A stretch of DNA of 64,000 nucleotides from Eledone cirrhosa (GCA_964016885.1 OZ024741.1:121458001-121522000), one strand, 5' to 3'; numbered from the stretch's first letter, positions 13,455 through 27,832 are shown. Translations and numbers: made by a program. The notes: generated by a model from the sequence alone, not told the origin.

Positions 13455-14495
13455 TAAATAAATATTCTTAAAAAGACTTCAGTTGTATTTTCGATGATTT
13501 CTTTCCCTTTACCTTATATATATATATATAATTAAGTTAAAAATGTACATCCACATATGTATACTGAAATACTAGTATGCATATGAATACACACACGTAT
13601 ACATATGTAGATGTACCAAGTCTTTCACTGGTCACTTTACTGTGAGTGTCCAGCTATTCTGTATGTAAACACACAGACAAACCGGTTTTTAGAGTCATAC
13701 TGGTTTTTGAGGAAACACCTTTCCTCTATTCTCCAGAAAGCCAGACAAGGAATATTGAACTAGTTTCGTTGTTGTTACAACTCATCAGCAATATTTACCT
13801 TTCTTCCGACCTTTCTGGAGAATCGTAAAAGCACATATCGTTATATGCTTTTTCTATGAAAATTAGTAGTGGGCAGACTAATTTGCATAGAGCGTGAGTG
13901 CGTACCGGTTCAACGGAGACGATAAAAACAAATAACGAAACGAAATTAAATTTCGTTTCGTTTGTAACTCACTTTTGTATGACTGACGCTTAAACAATTA
14001 AGTTAAAAATGTACATCCACATATGTATACTGAAATACTAGTATGCATATGAATACACACACGTATACATATGTAGATGTACCAAGTCTTTCACTGGTCA
14101 CTTTACTGTGAGTGTCCAGCTATTCTGTATGTAAACACACAGACAAACCGGTTTTTAGAGTCATACTACTTTTTCATAGAAAAAGCATATAACGATATGT
14201 GCTTTTACGATTCTCCAGAAAGGTCGGAAGAAAGGTAAATATTGCTGATGAGTTGTAACAACAACGAAACTAGTTCAATATTCCTTGTCTGGCTTTCTGG
14301 AGAATAGAGGAAAGGTGTTTCCTCAAAAACCAGCATGACTCTAAAAACCGGCTTGTCTGTGTGTTTACATACAGAATAGCTGGACACTCACAGTAAAGTG
14401 ACCAGTGAAAGACTTGGTACATCTTAATTGTTTAAACGTCAGTCATACAAAAGTGAGTTACAAACGAAACGAAATTTAATTTCGTTTCGTTATTT

Positions 14496-14538
<43 letters not shown>

Positions 14539-15070
14539 GGAGGTGAGTTTTATTGTAGAATCAATTATTACATAATACAACACATTCTTACTCTATATCA
14601 CCCTATAAAAATCCTTCGTAAACATATACATTTTTTTTGACGTTAGAATATTCATCCGCAATTCATTATTCTCTTCTCTCTATCATCAAACTCATTATTC
14701 TCAATACATATTAACTCCTTCTCCTTCTTCGCACATATTTTTCCCTTCGTTAATTTTCAAATTCTTTTAATTTATACATTATCTTCCAACGGTTTTCAAC
14801 CCCTCTATGTAAGACAATATATCTTTCTCAGTTATAAAAAACTATCTCTCTCTATCACCCATCTCTCCTCCTATCTCATCCTTCCTCATTATACTCCTCC
14901 CTCTCCACCTTAACTCTCATCTCCTCCTCTTTTTTTCATCCTTTCCACCCCCCCCTCTAAATAAAATATTTTTCACAATATCACACATCAATCTAAAACT
15001 ACTTCTCATATGTTGATTTAAAACTGAACTATCCACAAGTGTTTTTTAGCCTTCATATCATGTCCTCCTG

Positions 15071-15137
15071 TTTTATCTGATGAAAACACAAATATTATTG
15101 CATGATGATATTTGTTTTTGAAATGCGCATAATAAAA
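15071..15137 (+). ncRNA. type-I hammerhead ribozyme motif
   Basis: UUUUAU-CUGAUGA-long stem II-GAAA-UGCGCA-UA-AUAAAA. Confidence 0.85.
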
Positions 15138-15169
15138 TACATGGAACTCCTTTAACCATCTTTTGTTCT

Positions 15170-15211
<42 letters not shown>

Positions 15212-15754
15212 AGTTTCTAACTCAATCTATGATATTCTCGGCTCCATATGTAGAGCTAACTTTAGCCTCATAAACCCCGCTGCTATTTTTAGCGGCATGA
15301 GTATGAGACGCGCTAGGCACTGTAACATGTGCTTTTATATCAGCATATATTCAGTCTTCTTAGATCCTTTGGAGTGAAAGGTACGAATTTCCTGGATACC
15401 CGGTAGAAGAGCGTAGGAATGGTGGCTTTCGCTTAATAATTCTTGCAGAACAGATTTAGATCTGTTCGGGTATCAAAGGCAGTTGCCCGATATAGGTTTG
15501 TTATTTTTATCGATTTATTACTTTAAATCGAGACAGGCAAACCATATTGTTTTAAATTGTATTTTTTCAACCTAGCTAACTTGGTCATATGCAATTGGAA
15601 CACATGTATACTTGTATCTGTGTTAACCCCTCTCATATATCCAATTGTATTACACGGCTCGGAAAGATCCCCTTCTTTCAGCTATTTAATTGTAAAAGAC
15701 TATTTTGAGTTTCTAACTCAATCTATGATATATATATATATATATATACACACA

Positions 15755-15848
<94 letters not shown>

Positions 15849-15850
15849 CT

Positions 15851-15948
<98 letters not shown>

Positions 15949-16018
15949 ATTTTAATTTAGAGTTTTCACTCAGGAGTCAAATACAATTATTAAGCTCTAA
16001 GAAATACTGCTGAGCATT

Positions 16019-16749
<731 letters not shown>

Positions 16750-16790
16750 CGAAACATAAGTCAATTGCATGAACTCATAATCCTTTATTT

Positions 16791-16846
16791 ACTGCTATAT
16801 ATATTTCGATGATAGCCATTGAATGGCTATGCCCTCATCAGGCAGT
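16791..16846 (-). ncRNA. type-I hammerhead ribozyme motif, family C
   Basis: ACUGC-CUGAUGA-stem II AUAGCCAU/AUGGCUAU-GAAA-UAUAUA-UA-GCAGU. Confidence 0.85.
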
Positions 16847-17639
16847 TAGTCAGTACTTAGATATGCCAGCTCTGTGTTTATAGTGTTGATGGTATCAGAG
16901 CCAAGGGACATATGAGCTTGTTAGGAATAATTTAATGTTGTCAGCAGGAATAGTCTTAATTCTCATTGGTCAGTTTGTAGATGCTAGTAGGGTTGGTATT
17001 TGACCCCAAAGAGGCAGGTGGTTCTGTAAAGTTCAAACTGTCAGGCAAGATGACAATAGTTCCATATGATTGATTTTCACAAAAAGCATTCTTGGTCAGA
17101 TATATATTCAATTAAGGTTAATAGTATGAAATAGATACTACAGGTCATTCTTAAATTGAGGAATTTATGCGGAGTGGTGCTACTGAAAATTATGGTTAAA
17201 GTAGAAAATTTACAAATAAAAAGACTTATGTAGGTTGGCTTGCACGTACACTCACACCCACCTCCACAGACACACACACACATCCACACATACAAATTGA
17301 GGAATTAATGTGGGGTGGTAATACTGAAAATAATGGTTAGAGTCAAATACTTAGATAGTTTAGAAATTTAGAAATAAAAGGCTAATGTTGGTTGACTTGT
17401 ACATACACTCACACCTACCCCCTCAGACACACACACATCTACACACACAAATCCATACAGGTGTATATATATATATATGTACGCACAAGTATATATATAT
17501 ATAAAATATATATATATACATAAAACATATATATATATAAAATATATATATATATATAAAATATATATACATATATAAAATATACATATATATAAAATAC
17601 ATACATACATATATATAAAATACATACTATGGGTGGTTG

Positions 17640-20060
17640 TTGTTGTCCATTGGTCATTGGTACGGAGTGTAGGGGACCTACAGGGGGGGGGCGTTGTGGG
17701 AGGCCTTAACCGGGGTTTATCCATATAGCTTGAGGAAAGTTCCCGTCCTTAGGTGTCTGCAGGCACCGAATAAGTCGGCTCTTCTGTTTAATAGATTGAT
17801 TCCGCCATGAAGTATCTCGAGTGTCTCACTAAGACAGGGGTTGCAAATACCAAACCCGCCTCTGTCTGGGGGGAACCTTTCTAACCACGGACCAGACCAG
17901 AGAGTGCGGGGTCTTTTCAAGTTTGAGCTTCCAGATCAATTCAGGAAGGGCCGTACATTTCCTCTTATCTATTCTGTTAAAGGAATGACGATGGTTATAC
18001 CACCGATCTTTGAAGCTCGTCGCTGTGGATCCTATGGAGTGGTGCTCCGAGTTAGGGGTTGTGATCTTGCACTGTAGACTACGTTTTTCGTCATGCATTC
18101 ATTACTAAGGGGGCATAGTCACGGGTTTCTGCAATTACATGACTTCTTAAGCCCCACCACATATACCGCGTGGTTAGCATCACTCGAGGTTGGCTGGGTA
18201 GCCTCCGCAATCAGCACAGGGTCGTTGGGTTCCGGTGTGCTAGTTGGGCCTGTCCGGGTTCCGGTGCGTCCCGCGTGCTGGTTCTGTTGGGTGGCTCCGG
18301 GGTTTACGGTGGTATTAGAGGCAGTGAGCCTACTCCTATTTATGCCAGCTATGTGCTAGGCTACGGAGCGTGTGGTTGAGTAGGAAAGTTTCACCGAGTG
18401 CCTGTTGAATATTTTATGGTACTTGTGGGCCATAGGGAAACATTTATCCAGTACTCTAAAGAATGTTCTAGCCAGGATGGTACGTAGACCCACCGAGTAC
18501 GGAGGGTTATACCATATGACCTTCCTGGTCCTATTCTTGTGGGGTTGTTGGGTGTCCGCCGTGGTCCATCGCGTGGTTGTGCACAGATCAGGTCGAGCTC
18601 GGTTGGTGTCACTCAGGTGTGCGGAGCGGTCACCATCATGAGGGTTATATGGGCACACCATGGGGCTATAAACCTGCGAGGTGCGGCCTCCCTGCTCAAT
18701 TAGGGTTCGGCGGGTGGTGGGGCCGGTGCAGGGGTGCCTATGCTCCGCAGCACAGTGGTCTTCAGCGTTGTAGGTATTAGACCGGTGGGGTATGTGGGAC
18801 CTTCTACCGGGGGTGGTGACGGATAGGGGTCTGGGAGTGTTACTACTGGTCACCGAGGTATTAGGTGGGCGACTCATGCCCCTGAGGGTATTGGTCCGGG
18901 GTACCCTTGGGTCATCTCGATCATGTCCCTTAGGGTTGTAGCTGATCCTATGGCTGTGGGACGCCTTGGCTAGCGCTGAGTTATAGTAATCAGCGTTACT
19001 ATTGAAGATCTCTTTATTGGCCGACAAGTTAGAGATCCTGTCAGAGACACTCTTAACTACGGCCTTAACTATAGAACTAGTGTGATTGGACCCAGCGTTG
19101 ATATACACCAGCTTCTCATTGGGTTTATGAAATGGGTGGTGTAGCTTGGTGTTCAGGTTAAGGGTGGTGTCCAGGAAATTCACCACTTTTCTATTGGGGT
19201 CCATCTCTACTTTAAGTCCTACCTTGCTAAAGAAGTGCATAATTCTCCTCTTCATATTTTCGACCATGTGGTGCTGTGGTCCACTACGGTGAAGAGTGCG
19301 TCGTCTCGGCACAGCCCGCCACCCAGGTTGGGTATTTCTCTCCTGATCACCTAGAGTATGTATATCCCAACCAAGTCCGTTAGCTGCACGGAGTCACTGG
19401 AGCCCATTGTAATGTCAAAATTATTTGGCCAGTCGCTCCGGGTCCATATGTCCCCACCGAATCGGATCAGGGTCTTTCTGGCGGCGTGTATGATTCGGAC
19501 CTCGTCGCGTGTTAGGTCTGTCCTATTCATCGCGAATATGAGTGCCTTGTTCAGGACTATGGACGAGGTAGAGGAGTAGTAATTGTTGATGTCTAGTTGT
19601 ATGAAGCTAGTCCTATGTTTGTCAGGTAAAAATGTAAACCAGTCCAGCACCTGGCTGGTGCAGGACCAGAGTTGTAATTTTATTTTACTCTTAAGTGTGG
19701 GCAGGATCCTATCTAAAATGCTTTTGCTAATAATCCCCATGTCTGACCGGGAGGGGGCTTTCAGTCTGACCGGCAGGTTAGACCGAAGTTTGGTTTGTGG
19801 TCCTTAATGGTAATCCTCGGCTCCCCTGGTTGGTATGGGGCCGTCCTATCATCTATGCCAAGACCAGATACGATCTCATAAGCCTTGATGTTGATATCCT
19901 CCAGGGTAGCCTCGGGCGTTTTTTGTAGCTTTTTCTCAATTCCCTGAGGATTAGCTCATGGTAAAGTTGAACGTCCATGCTGTAAAGGTTGTTGGTTTTG
20001 TCGGCATGGGGTGGTGGTGGTGGTGGTGGTTCTTCTTGATCTGAAGAGGCACTGCATGGT
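17640..20060 (-). mobile_element. Penelope-like element, decayed
   Basis: RT (FIQLDINNYY, FDITMGS, VNFLDTTLNL), linker KVIWYNPPYS...IFNRHSVKLSYS, GIY-YIG C-terminus (SIGSTATSFKDRWYNH; CNPCLSE). Confidence 0.85.
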
Positions 20061-20129
20061 TTTTTGGTTATTAATATTGGGGTTTCCTCTATCAAAGTGG
20101 TAAGCCCTCCACCTATATATATATATATT

Positions 20130-20172
<43 letters not shown>

Positions 20173-20451
20173 TAGATAAATCTACCAAAATATACGGTAG
20201 TGTCCAATCCGTATGAAGAACTCAATGTAATCCAAATATCATGAAAAGAGATGTATTCAAAAATATTTTCGATGAAAATCACATGAAAACAGAGTCAAGA
20301 TAAACAGTTCCTTATATTAAAAAATTCATCAGAAATGATGCATTTTTTAATATAAGGAACTGTTTCTTTGTTTTTATTAATTGTTTTTATTAATTTATAT
20401 ATATATATATATATTCCTTATATATATATACATATTCCTTCTATATATATT

Positions 20452-21349
20452 CTTTTTTTTTTTTTCTATGGCGGGTAAAATTCCCGAGATCCATGGACGA
20501 GTTCTCTCCAGCGGTCTCTGTCCCTCATTATCGCTGCCATGTCCTGCGTCTCCAATAGACCAGTGTCTGTCCTTAGGGCATCAACATACGTTAACCTTGG
20601 TCTTCCTCTTCTAGTGTGTCCATGTAGGGGCTCCCAAAGGAGCACTGAGTGCAATGTCAACTCTGGATGTCGGTGAGCATGTCCAGCTAACCTCAGTCTC
20701 CTCTGTGTCACTTTTGAGCCGACTTTTGGGATGCTCCCATACAGCTCTGAGTTTTTCATCCTCAGTGTATACTGATTAATGTTCAGAGCCATCCTCAGCA
20801 TTCTCGTGTAGCACCCATCCACCATCTGAGTGAGTTTCTTGGTCAGTGTCCAAGTCTCAGACCCATACAGCAGCACAGACTCCACTACAGCAATGAAGAG
20901 GCGGATTTTCAGGTCTCTACGAAGGTCCGACTTCCACACCGATCTCAAGCTGTGGCACGCCGCCCAGGCCTTGCTCTTCCTCTCAACCACATCATCTTCC
21001 GTATTCCCAATCTTTGCTCCCAAATACAGGAAGCCCTCAACCAATTCTAGCGGCTTCCCGCTTACATTAGTGATCCCCTCTGGCTTCTTAACATTCTCTA
21101 CCAGATATTTTGTTTTAGTCTCATTCATTCTCAGCCCCACACTCATCGACACAGTCTCAACCTCCCGCATCAAATCCTCTGCCTCCTTCACTGTATTTGT
21201 CACCAAAACTATGTCGTCGGCAAATTCAGCATCCGATATCTTTTTCGCCCTAACTCTCCTGCTCTGAGCCGGTGCTACAGTAAAGCCAGAGTCCTGGTGT
21301 TTCTCCAGTGCAAGGCGCATACAATAGTCCACTACGATGATAAAAAGGT
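20452..21349 (-). mobile_element. RTE-clade LINE, 3' half with A-rich tail
   Basis: FIIVVDY..EFADD..LLYGSETWTL..RRLRLAGH..GRPRLTY; exact continuation of the + strand half. Confidence 0.9.
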
Positions 21350-23767
21350 CCTGGGTATGACATTAAACTACATCCAGTGGCAAGGCTCCAGTTCGGGAGT
21401 TCAGGAGTTGTGGGGAATGTGGAGTTACCCCTTAGTTGTCATGACTCCCAGGTCTGCCCTGGCCCGGGGTGGTAGTACCTGTTAGGGCTCCACTTATGGG
21501 TTAAATAACTACCTTATTCGAGTGGCGCCGGTAAGGTATTGTCAGCCATTGAAAAGAAATATGGAGAGTCGATCTAACAGCACTAGGGTTAGAGCCCCCT
21601 AATTACACTGTCAAGGAGCAGCCTGGTCGTTATGACTCTGCTGGCTTAGAGCCACAGAGAGGGCCAGTGGATGATGGATCAGCTGTCTCTGAGACAAATA
21701 TAAAGAAAGCAGTTTTGTCCTGCAGAAGAGCCATCAAAATGGGCACTTTGAATGTGAGGACTATTCGGACGCTGGAGAAGAGAGAGGAGTTGGGACATCT
21801 GTTCGAGGAGAGTGGTATGAAGATACTTGCGATCCAAGAACACAGGATCCTACACGATGAGCCCGTGAGGAGTGTGATGATCGGGAAGAGGAGCCAGCTC
21901 ATCACTACATCGGCAGTGAAGAACACAACAAATGCTGCAGTAGGAGGAGTGGGTTTTGTGTTCAGTGCAGGAACCAATCTGTTGGTGAGGGAAATAATGC
22001 CTATCTCCTCGCGAGTGTTGAGGGTGACCTTCAATGGAAACCCAAGACTGACAGTCATCTCAGCCTATAGTCCAACCGAGGGGGACAGTGATGTGAGTGT
22101 GGAAGAGTTCCATGAGGAGGTGTGTAGAGCTGTCAACACCACTCAGGTACACAATATCCTGCTTGTTTTGGGGGACTTCAATGCACATCTGAGTAAGGAG
22201 GGCAGTGAAGATCCTTGTTGGTACTTCCATAACAACACCAACCGAAATGGAAGACTACTGAGAGACACCCTGCTGGAGGCGAACTTGATGGCGACCAACC
22301 TAAGGTTTAGGAAGAATCTGGGGAAGATGTGGACCTACATCTCGGATATGCACCTGTCCAAGTCCCAGATTGATTTCATTCTGGTGAGAAAAAAATGGCG
22401 GAATAGTGTTCTGAACACAGAACCATACAGCTATTTCAGTACACTGGGTAGTGACCACCGGCTTGTTATGAGTGAGGTCCGGGTGAGCTTAAGAAAGAGC
22501 AATCTATGACTGGGGAGCTTTCAAGGAAGATGATAAGCTACAGGAGAGGTTCACAGTGGAAGTGAGAAACAGGATTAGTGCTCTTTGTGGAGTGTCAGAG
22601 GAGAGAGAGATTGGATGGACTGAGGAGAGTGTGACGAGGAGGTACGGGTACTTCTCCAATGCAGTGGCGGAAGCAAGTGAAACCCTGGTGCCGAGGAAAA
22701 AGAACAAAGGGAAGCACGTCAGCTCTGCAAACCCAAAAGTGTGTGCAGCCAGAGAACACCTGAAAGCTGCCAAGGACCAATTCTATGCTGATCCTACGGA
22801 GGAGAGGATGGAGACTGTGGAGGTGATGAGGGAAGAACTCTGTACCGCTTACACTGAGGTCAGAGAGGAGGCACTGATAGAGAAAATCAGAAGTGTGGAG
22901 AGAGCGGTTGACAGATCTGGATGTAAGGAGAGCTGGATGATCATCAACGAGATCAAAGGGAGGAAGAGAAGGTGTTCGAGTCAGATCCAGGGAACGGGGC
23001 CCGAGGATAGGAAGAGGAAATGGCTAGACCATTTTAGGACCCTACTAGGAGAGCCACCCTCCACAGCCCAGAGCACTGGGGAGATCAGGCGGCTGTTTGA
23101 GGAACTGGATGTTGAGACAGAGCGCTTCACCAGAGAGGAGCTTCAGAGAGCCAAGAAGAGGATCAAGGAGGGCAAGGCTTATGGAGAAGATGGAGTGGCA
23201 TCAGAGGTGATGAAGAGGTGTGATTTTGATGATATCATCCTGGGGTTCTGTAACGGGGCACTGGAGAGAGGAGTTGCCCCGAATCAGTGGAGGATCAGTA
23301 ACATCGTCCCAGTGCCAAAGAAGGGAGATCTCTCTAACACCAACAACTACAGGGGGATCTCACTGACGTCACTTGTGGCAAAGACCCTCAACAGGATGAT
23401 TCTTAACAGGATCCAGCCTGAGATGGAGAAGAAGCTCAGGGACAACCAGAACGGCTTCAGAGGGGGTAGATAAACCACCAGTCACATCCTGATGCTGAGG
23501 AGGATATTAGAGGGAGCTAGAGCAAAGTGCCTTCCTGCGGTCATGGTTTTCATTGACTTTAGGAAGGCCTTTGATTCTGTGGACCGTTACTGCCTGATGA
23601 AGATCTTACAGGCTTATGGAATCCCCAAGAAGATAGTGGACCTGATATCACTGCTCTACACCAACACCAAAGCCCAAGTCATTACACCTGATGGGATGAC
23701 AGAGTTCTTTGAGATAGTGACTGGAGAGCTCTAGGGAGATACATTGGCTCCCTACCTTTTTATCATC
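21350..23767 (+). mobile_element. RTE-clade LINE, 5' half (5' UTR, AP endonuclease, N-terminal RT); the inverted segment
   Basis: GTLNVRT, AIQEH, GDFNA, QIDFIL, SDH; NYRGISLTS, FIDFRKAFDS, GDTLAPYLFII; internal stops and a frameshift. Confidence 0.9.
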
Positions 23768-23914
23768 TATATATATATATATATATTCCTTATATATATA
23801 TATATATAACCGTTGATCACATGCGCCTCTGTCTACCTTTTCGGCCTCCGAGGGTACTTTACTATATTTTCTCAACTATTATTTATAATAATTCACGATT
23901 ATTATTATGGTTAC

Positions 23915-23995
<81 letters not shown>

Positions 23996-24138
23996 TTATA
24001 TATATATATATATATATAAATATATATATGTATATATAGGCCTATATGCCTATGGCAATAGTACATAAACAGGGAGACGTTTTGTAATTAGGTGATTTTG
24101 TGATCAAATATAAGTATTATGGTTTCCCTTTTTCTTAC

Positions 24139-24225
24139 CTTTAGTGCAATTACAGGTGTATGAATGTCCTGATGGCACACAACTTCCATTATTAAAACAA
24201 GGGTTGGTGTTGCATATGTTCGTTT
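24139..24225 (-). CDS. exon, EGF-like domain
   Basis: tttcag|AA ACG...AAA G|gtaaga; 87 nt; NICNTNPCFNNGSCVPSGHSYTCNCTK; not in the ORF track. Confidence 0.92.
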
Positions 24226-24384
24226 CTGAAAAAAACAATAACAACAAAAAATATACCCAATATACTTCAGATATCACGCCGCTTGAAACTGCCTAATTTA
24301 TATTTAAACTATCAATTTTATGTTCGTTTGGAATTTGCGATCGACATGGTATTACATAACTCGTCAGAAAGTGATGTCCCTCCA

Positions 24385-24650
24385 ACATGCAGTTGATAGA
24401 TTTGATGCCGAGTGTTGCACAGCTGGAATGAAAATTAGTTCTGCAAAGACTGAGGCACTCATCCTATCAAGGAAGCCCACTCAGTGAACACTACATGTAA
24501 GTGGAGTTCACGAGTAATGGAAGGCAGAAGCCTGAATTAAGTGCAAGAATTGCTGGAGCTGATGCAGTAATGCACATGCTTCAGCATTCGATACTCAAAA
24601 GAAGGGAGATAGGTGTAAAAGCCGAACTCGCTATCTTCAATTCCGTACCC
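24385..24650 (+). mobile_element. old RTE-type LINE fragment
   Basis: GMKISSAKTEAL..; ELSARIAGA...IGVKAELAIFNSV. Confidence 0.6.
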
Positions 24651-25439
24651 AGCCAGATCAATTAGAGACTGTTGCTTCTGACAGGACCCGTTGGCTGGAG
24701 TGCTTGAGGACTCTTCTCCCACGACCCAGGAATAAATAAGCGAAGATGAAGGGGAGAAGGAGGAGGAGACAGAAGAAGAAGAAGAAGAAGAAGAAGAAGA
24801 AGAAGAAGAAGAAGAAGATAATTTAATGTAAGAACTATATATGTTATTGCAGTGAATTGACAGAATCGTTAGAATATCGGTATTTGTTTCGGCTCTGTGC
24901 TATCCGATAACTAAAGTACCAGTACATGTGGATCGGCGTAGGGCTTTGTATTATCTAATCTGCGATGTGAACTCAGAAAATTGAGCACAGAGAGCCGAGA
25001 AGAATACTACAAACCATTACATTCAACGTTCTAACGACTTTGCTAATTCGAAAAGTAGCGAGTGAAAATATAACTATTATGCAAGGAAAATGAGTCTACC
25101 AAAGTGAATATTGAAATCTGATAGAAAGAAAAAATAAATGTAATATATTGAAAAAAAAGAAGCTAACTCAGCTAAGCGATAAATATAGAACGATATAATA
25201 AGTTGCAAACCGAAATAAGTACTTTGGTCTATATGACTGACTAAAACCTCTTGAAGCTGGTGCCACAGAATGGCCGCAGTTCAATGACTGAAAGAAATAT
25301 TGGGGTCCACATGATTGTCTAAAACTCCTTGATATTTCCCTAACATGACTGCAGTTCAATGACTGAAACCAATACCAGAACAAACTACTAACAGACTATA
25401 AGAATAAAAGAAATTCAATTTTTCAGAGGGTTTACTTAC

Positions 25440-25607
25440 CAACAGAAACACAGGCAGTCAAATTTGTTGCTCCACTAGTTAAAGTAGTAGTTCTTTCGGG
25501 ACATTCCTGACACATCGTCTGCATCGTAGAATTGGTATAGTAACCTAAAGGACACTTGTCACAAGGTTTAAAACCATCATAGGAATAATGACCTTCACTG
25601 CATGGCA
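25440..25607 (-). CDS. exon, GCC2/GCC3 Cys repeat
   Basis: ttgcag|TG CCA TGC...GTT G|gtaagt; 168 nt; CSEGHYSYDGFKPCDKCPLGYY...CQECP...GAT..TAC. Confidence 0.93.
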
Positions 25608-26437
25608 CTGCAAAGTAATAATACATAGATTATTTATATGCCAACATGTTAAAATTACCAATTCAGATGCTATGTAATTTATTCCACGAGCCTTCTTTTT
25701 TTAAATTTTAGTACGAACCATCTTCGAGTGTCCGTGTTTTCCATTGGTGACTCGGAAACATATAGAAATATTATTTCCACGAGGAGCGCAACCTTTCTTT
25801 TATTCGTTCTGGAAAAACAGTCAATTGAGCGTGTGTCTAAATGTGTTTTAGCTAAGGAAATTATCAGAGATAAATCTTTAACTATGATGATTTGCTGAAC
25901 GCAGAAAATGCGAATAAGTGAATAAGAAAAATATACTGTTACCCAGCTCTTGTAGACGATTGCGTAACAGTAACGAAACATGTGTTAGGTAATATAATGT
26001 AATAAATCTTTCTTAAAATCTCTCATCTCTTCTTGCCTAGTTTTTCCTAATACTCTATACTAAGTTACTCTGTGAATTCTTATATTACATAACTCCATCA
26101 ACCACATTGAGAACAACAACCTGGCAAGCTGTTAATTTCACCTTTTGTTTGCATATTCAATCCTCACAAATATGAATTAACCAACACAAAGGGGCACTTA
26201 TTTATCTTCTCATATATATATATATATATGAACGGATCTAGCTGTCGATCCCGTTAAGGGTGAAAGCAGCGATTCTTTGCTTAAACTTTAATCTGTTATT
26301 TTAATAAATATAAATATATATATTAAATACTGGGGTGGATATGGTCGACGTTTGACATCCAAGGCGGGGTTTCAGCATAGCCACAGTAAAATGATTGAAA
26401 CAAAGTAAAAGGAAAAGCAAAAAAGGTGAACACTTAC

Positions 26438-26593
26438 ATTCACAGCTGCTTTTTGAAACAGAGCCATAGTTTCTGTTTTTGGTTAATTGTGGACATGCTT
26501 CACAATAGGTTTCATTCAAGTAATATGAATCCGTTGGACACAATTGGCACGGAGGTAATTTTGTACTTGAAATGCTGCCAATTTCACAGATAG
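26438..26593 (-). CDS. exon, GCC2/GCC3 Cys repeat
   Basis: ttgtag|CT ATC TGT...GAA T|gtaagt; 156 nt; CEIGSISSTKLPPCQLCPTDSY...CEACP. Confidence 0.92.
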
Positions 26594-27664
26594 CTACAAA
26601 ATATAAATACAAATCCAACAACTGTATGAAAATGGACGAAAAAAAAAACGTTTTCTTCGATTTATATATTATTGAAAAAAGGCGCGTGGACTCACAACCA
26701 TAAGGTCATGGGTTTGATATCTGACCTGGACGATGCGTTGTAACTTTGTGCGCAATTTATGGGACTGGCACACATTTGTGGTTAGTACATATTCAATCGA
26801 GCCTAGCAGGATGAAAAGCAAAGTTAACCAGGCCAGGATTTGAAGCCACAACGTAAATATCGCAAGGTATTCTGTTCTACTGACCTTGCCGATTCACTCT
26901 CTTCTCATTTCATTTTATTTTGCTGTTGTCTATCCCCAGCTAGGTGTGACCTCAGTATGCTGTTGCTTGCTTGTTTAAGCTAATCTTCAGGCCTCCCTAC
27001 CCATGCTTAACAATTGCACATCGTGGTTGGGTGATTATCTTTGGTCATCATCGGCTACATAGGCGGAATTCGAATTCCGAACACTAAAAGACAGAAAAAA
27101 TACCGTAAGGCATTTCGTCCGCCAAATCCACCGCTGGACTGTTGTTACTTTATTTATCGACCCCGAAAGAAGAAAACGAAAGTTGATTTCGGTAATATTC
27201 AAACTTAGAGCGCAGAGAGCCGGTGCAAACATCGTAAGGTATTCTACTCAACGCTTTAACAAGTCTGTCAATTCGTCGCCCACTTTTCCCGAATATTTTT
27301 ATGTGTATTGGAGTGTTCCAACGGAAGAGCCTGCTCATGAAATTAACATGCATTCCCACAGCCACGCGTACGCTTTACCTAGTTCCCAGTAATAAAGTGT
27401 GTGACAACATTTGTCCTTTGTATTACAAGTACAACTCATTTTTCTTCTCAGCTGAGTGGACTGGAGTAATATGAAATAAAGTGCTTTGCACACCGCTAGG
27501 AATCGAACTCACGTCCATAAGATCGTCAAATGACTCTGCCAATTCGCCCTTGTAAACATTTTATAATGTAAAACATTCAGTATAGACAATTTCTTTAAAA
27601 TACTCTTTTATCAAAGCTAAACAGTTTTATGTAGTTGACATAAGAAGCGGTAAGACAGATTTAC

Positions 27665-27832
27665 CTTTACAATCATTTAGATGTACACTTCCTTCTGAGT
27701 ATGTAGTTGTATTTGCTGGACAAGAGATACAGGTTTTGTTCCCTTCAGAATCCTGGTACGTTCCAATAGGACACAGGTGACATTGAGTGTCGCCATCAAT
27801 TATAGTAGCGAAAGTTCCCACAGGACACATTA
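27665..27832 (-). CDS. exon, ephrin-receptor-like (GCC2/GCC3) Cys repeat
   Basis: cttcag|TA ATG TGT...AAA G|gtaaat; 168 nt; CPVGTF...CHLCPIGTYQDSEGNKTCISCP...GS..LNDC. Confidence 0.93.

Noticed and set aside
20830-22058. Long ORFs antisense to the RTE (similar cases over the Tx1 and PLEs)
   Set aside because: Shadow frames of retroelement coding sequence
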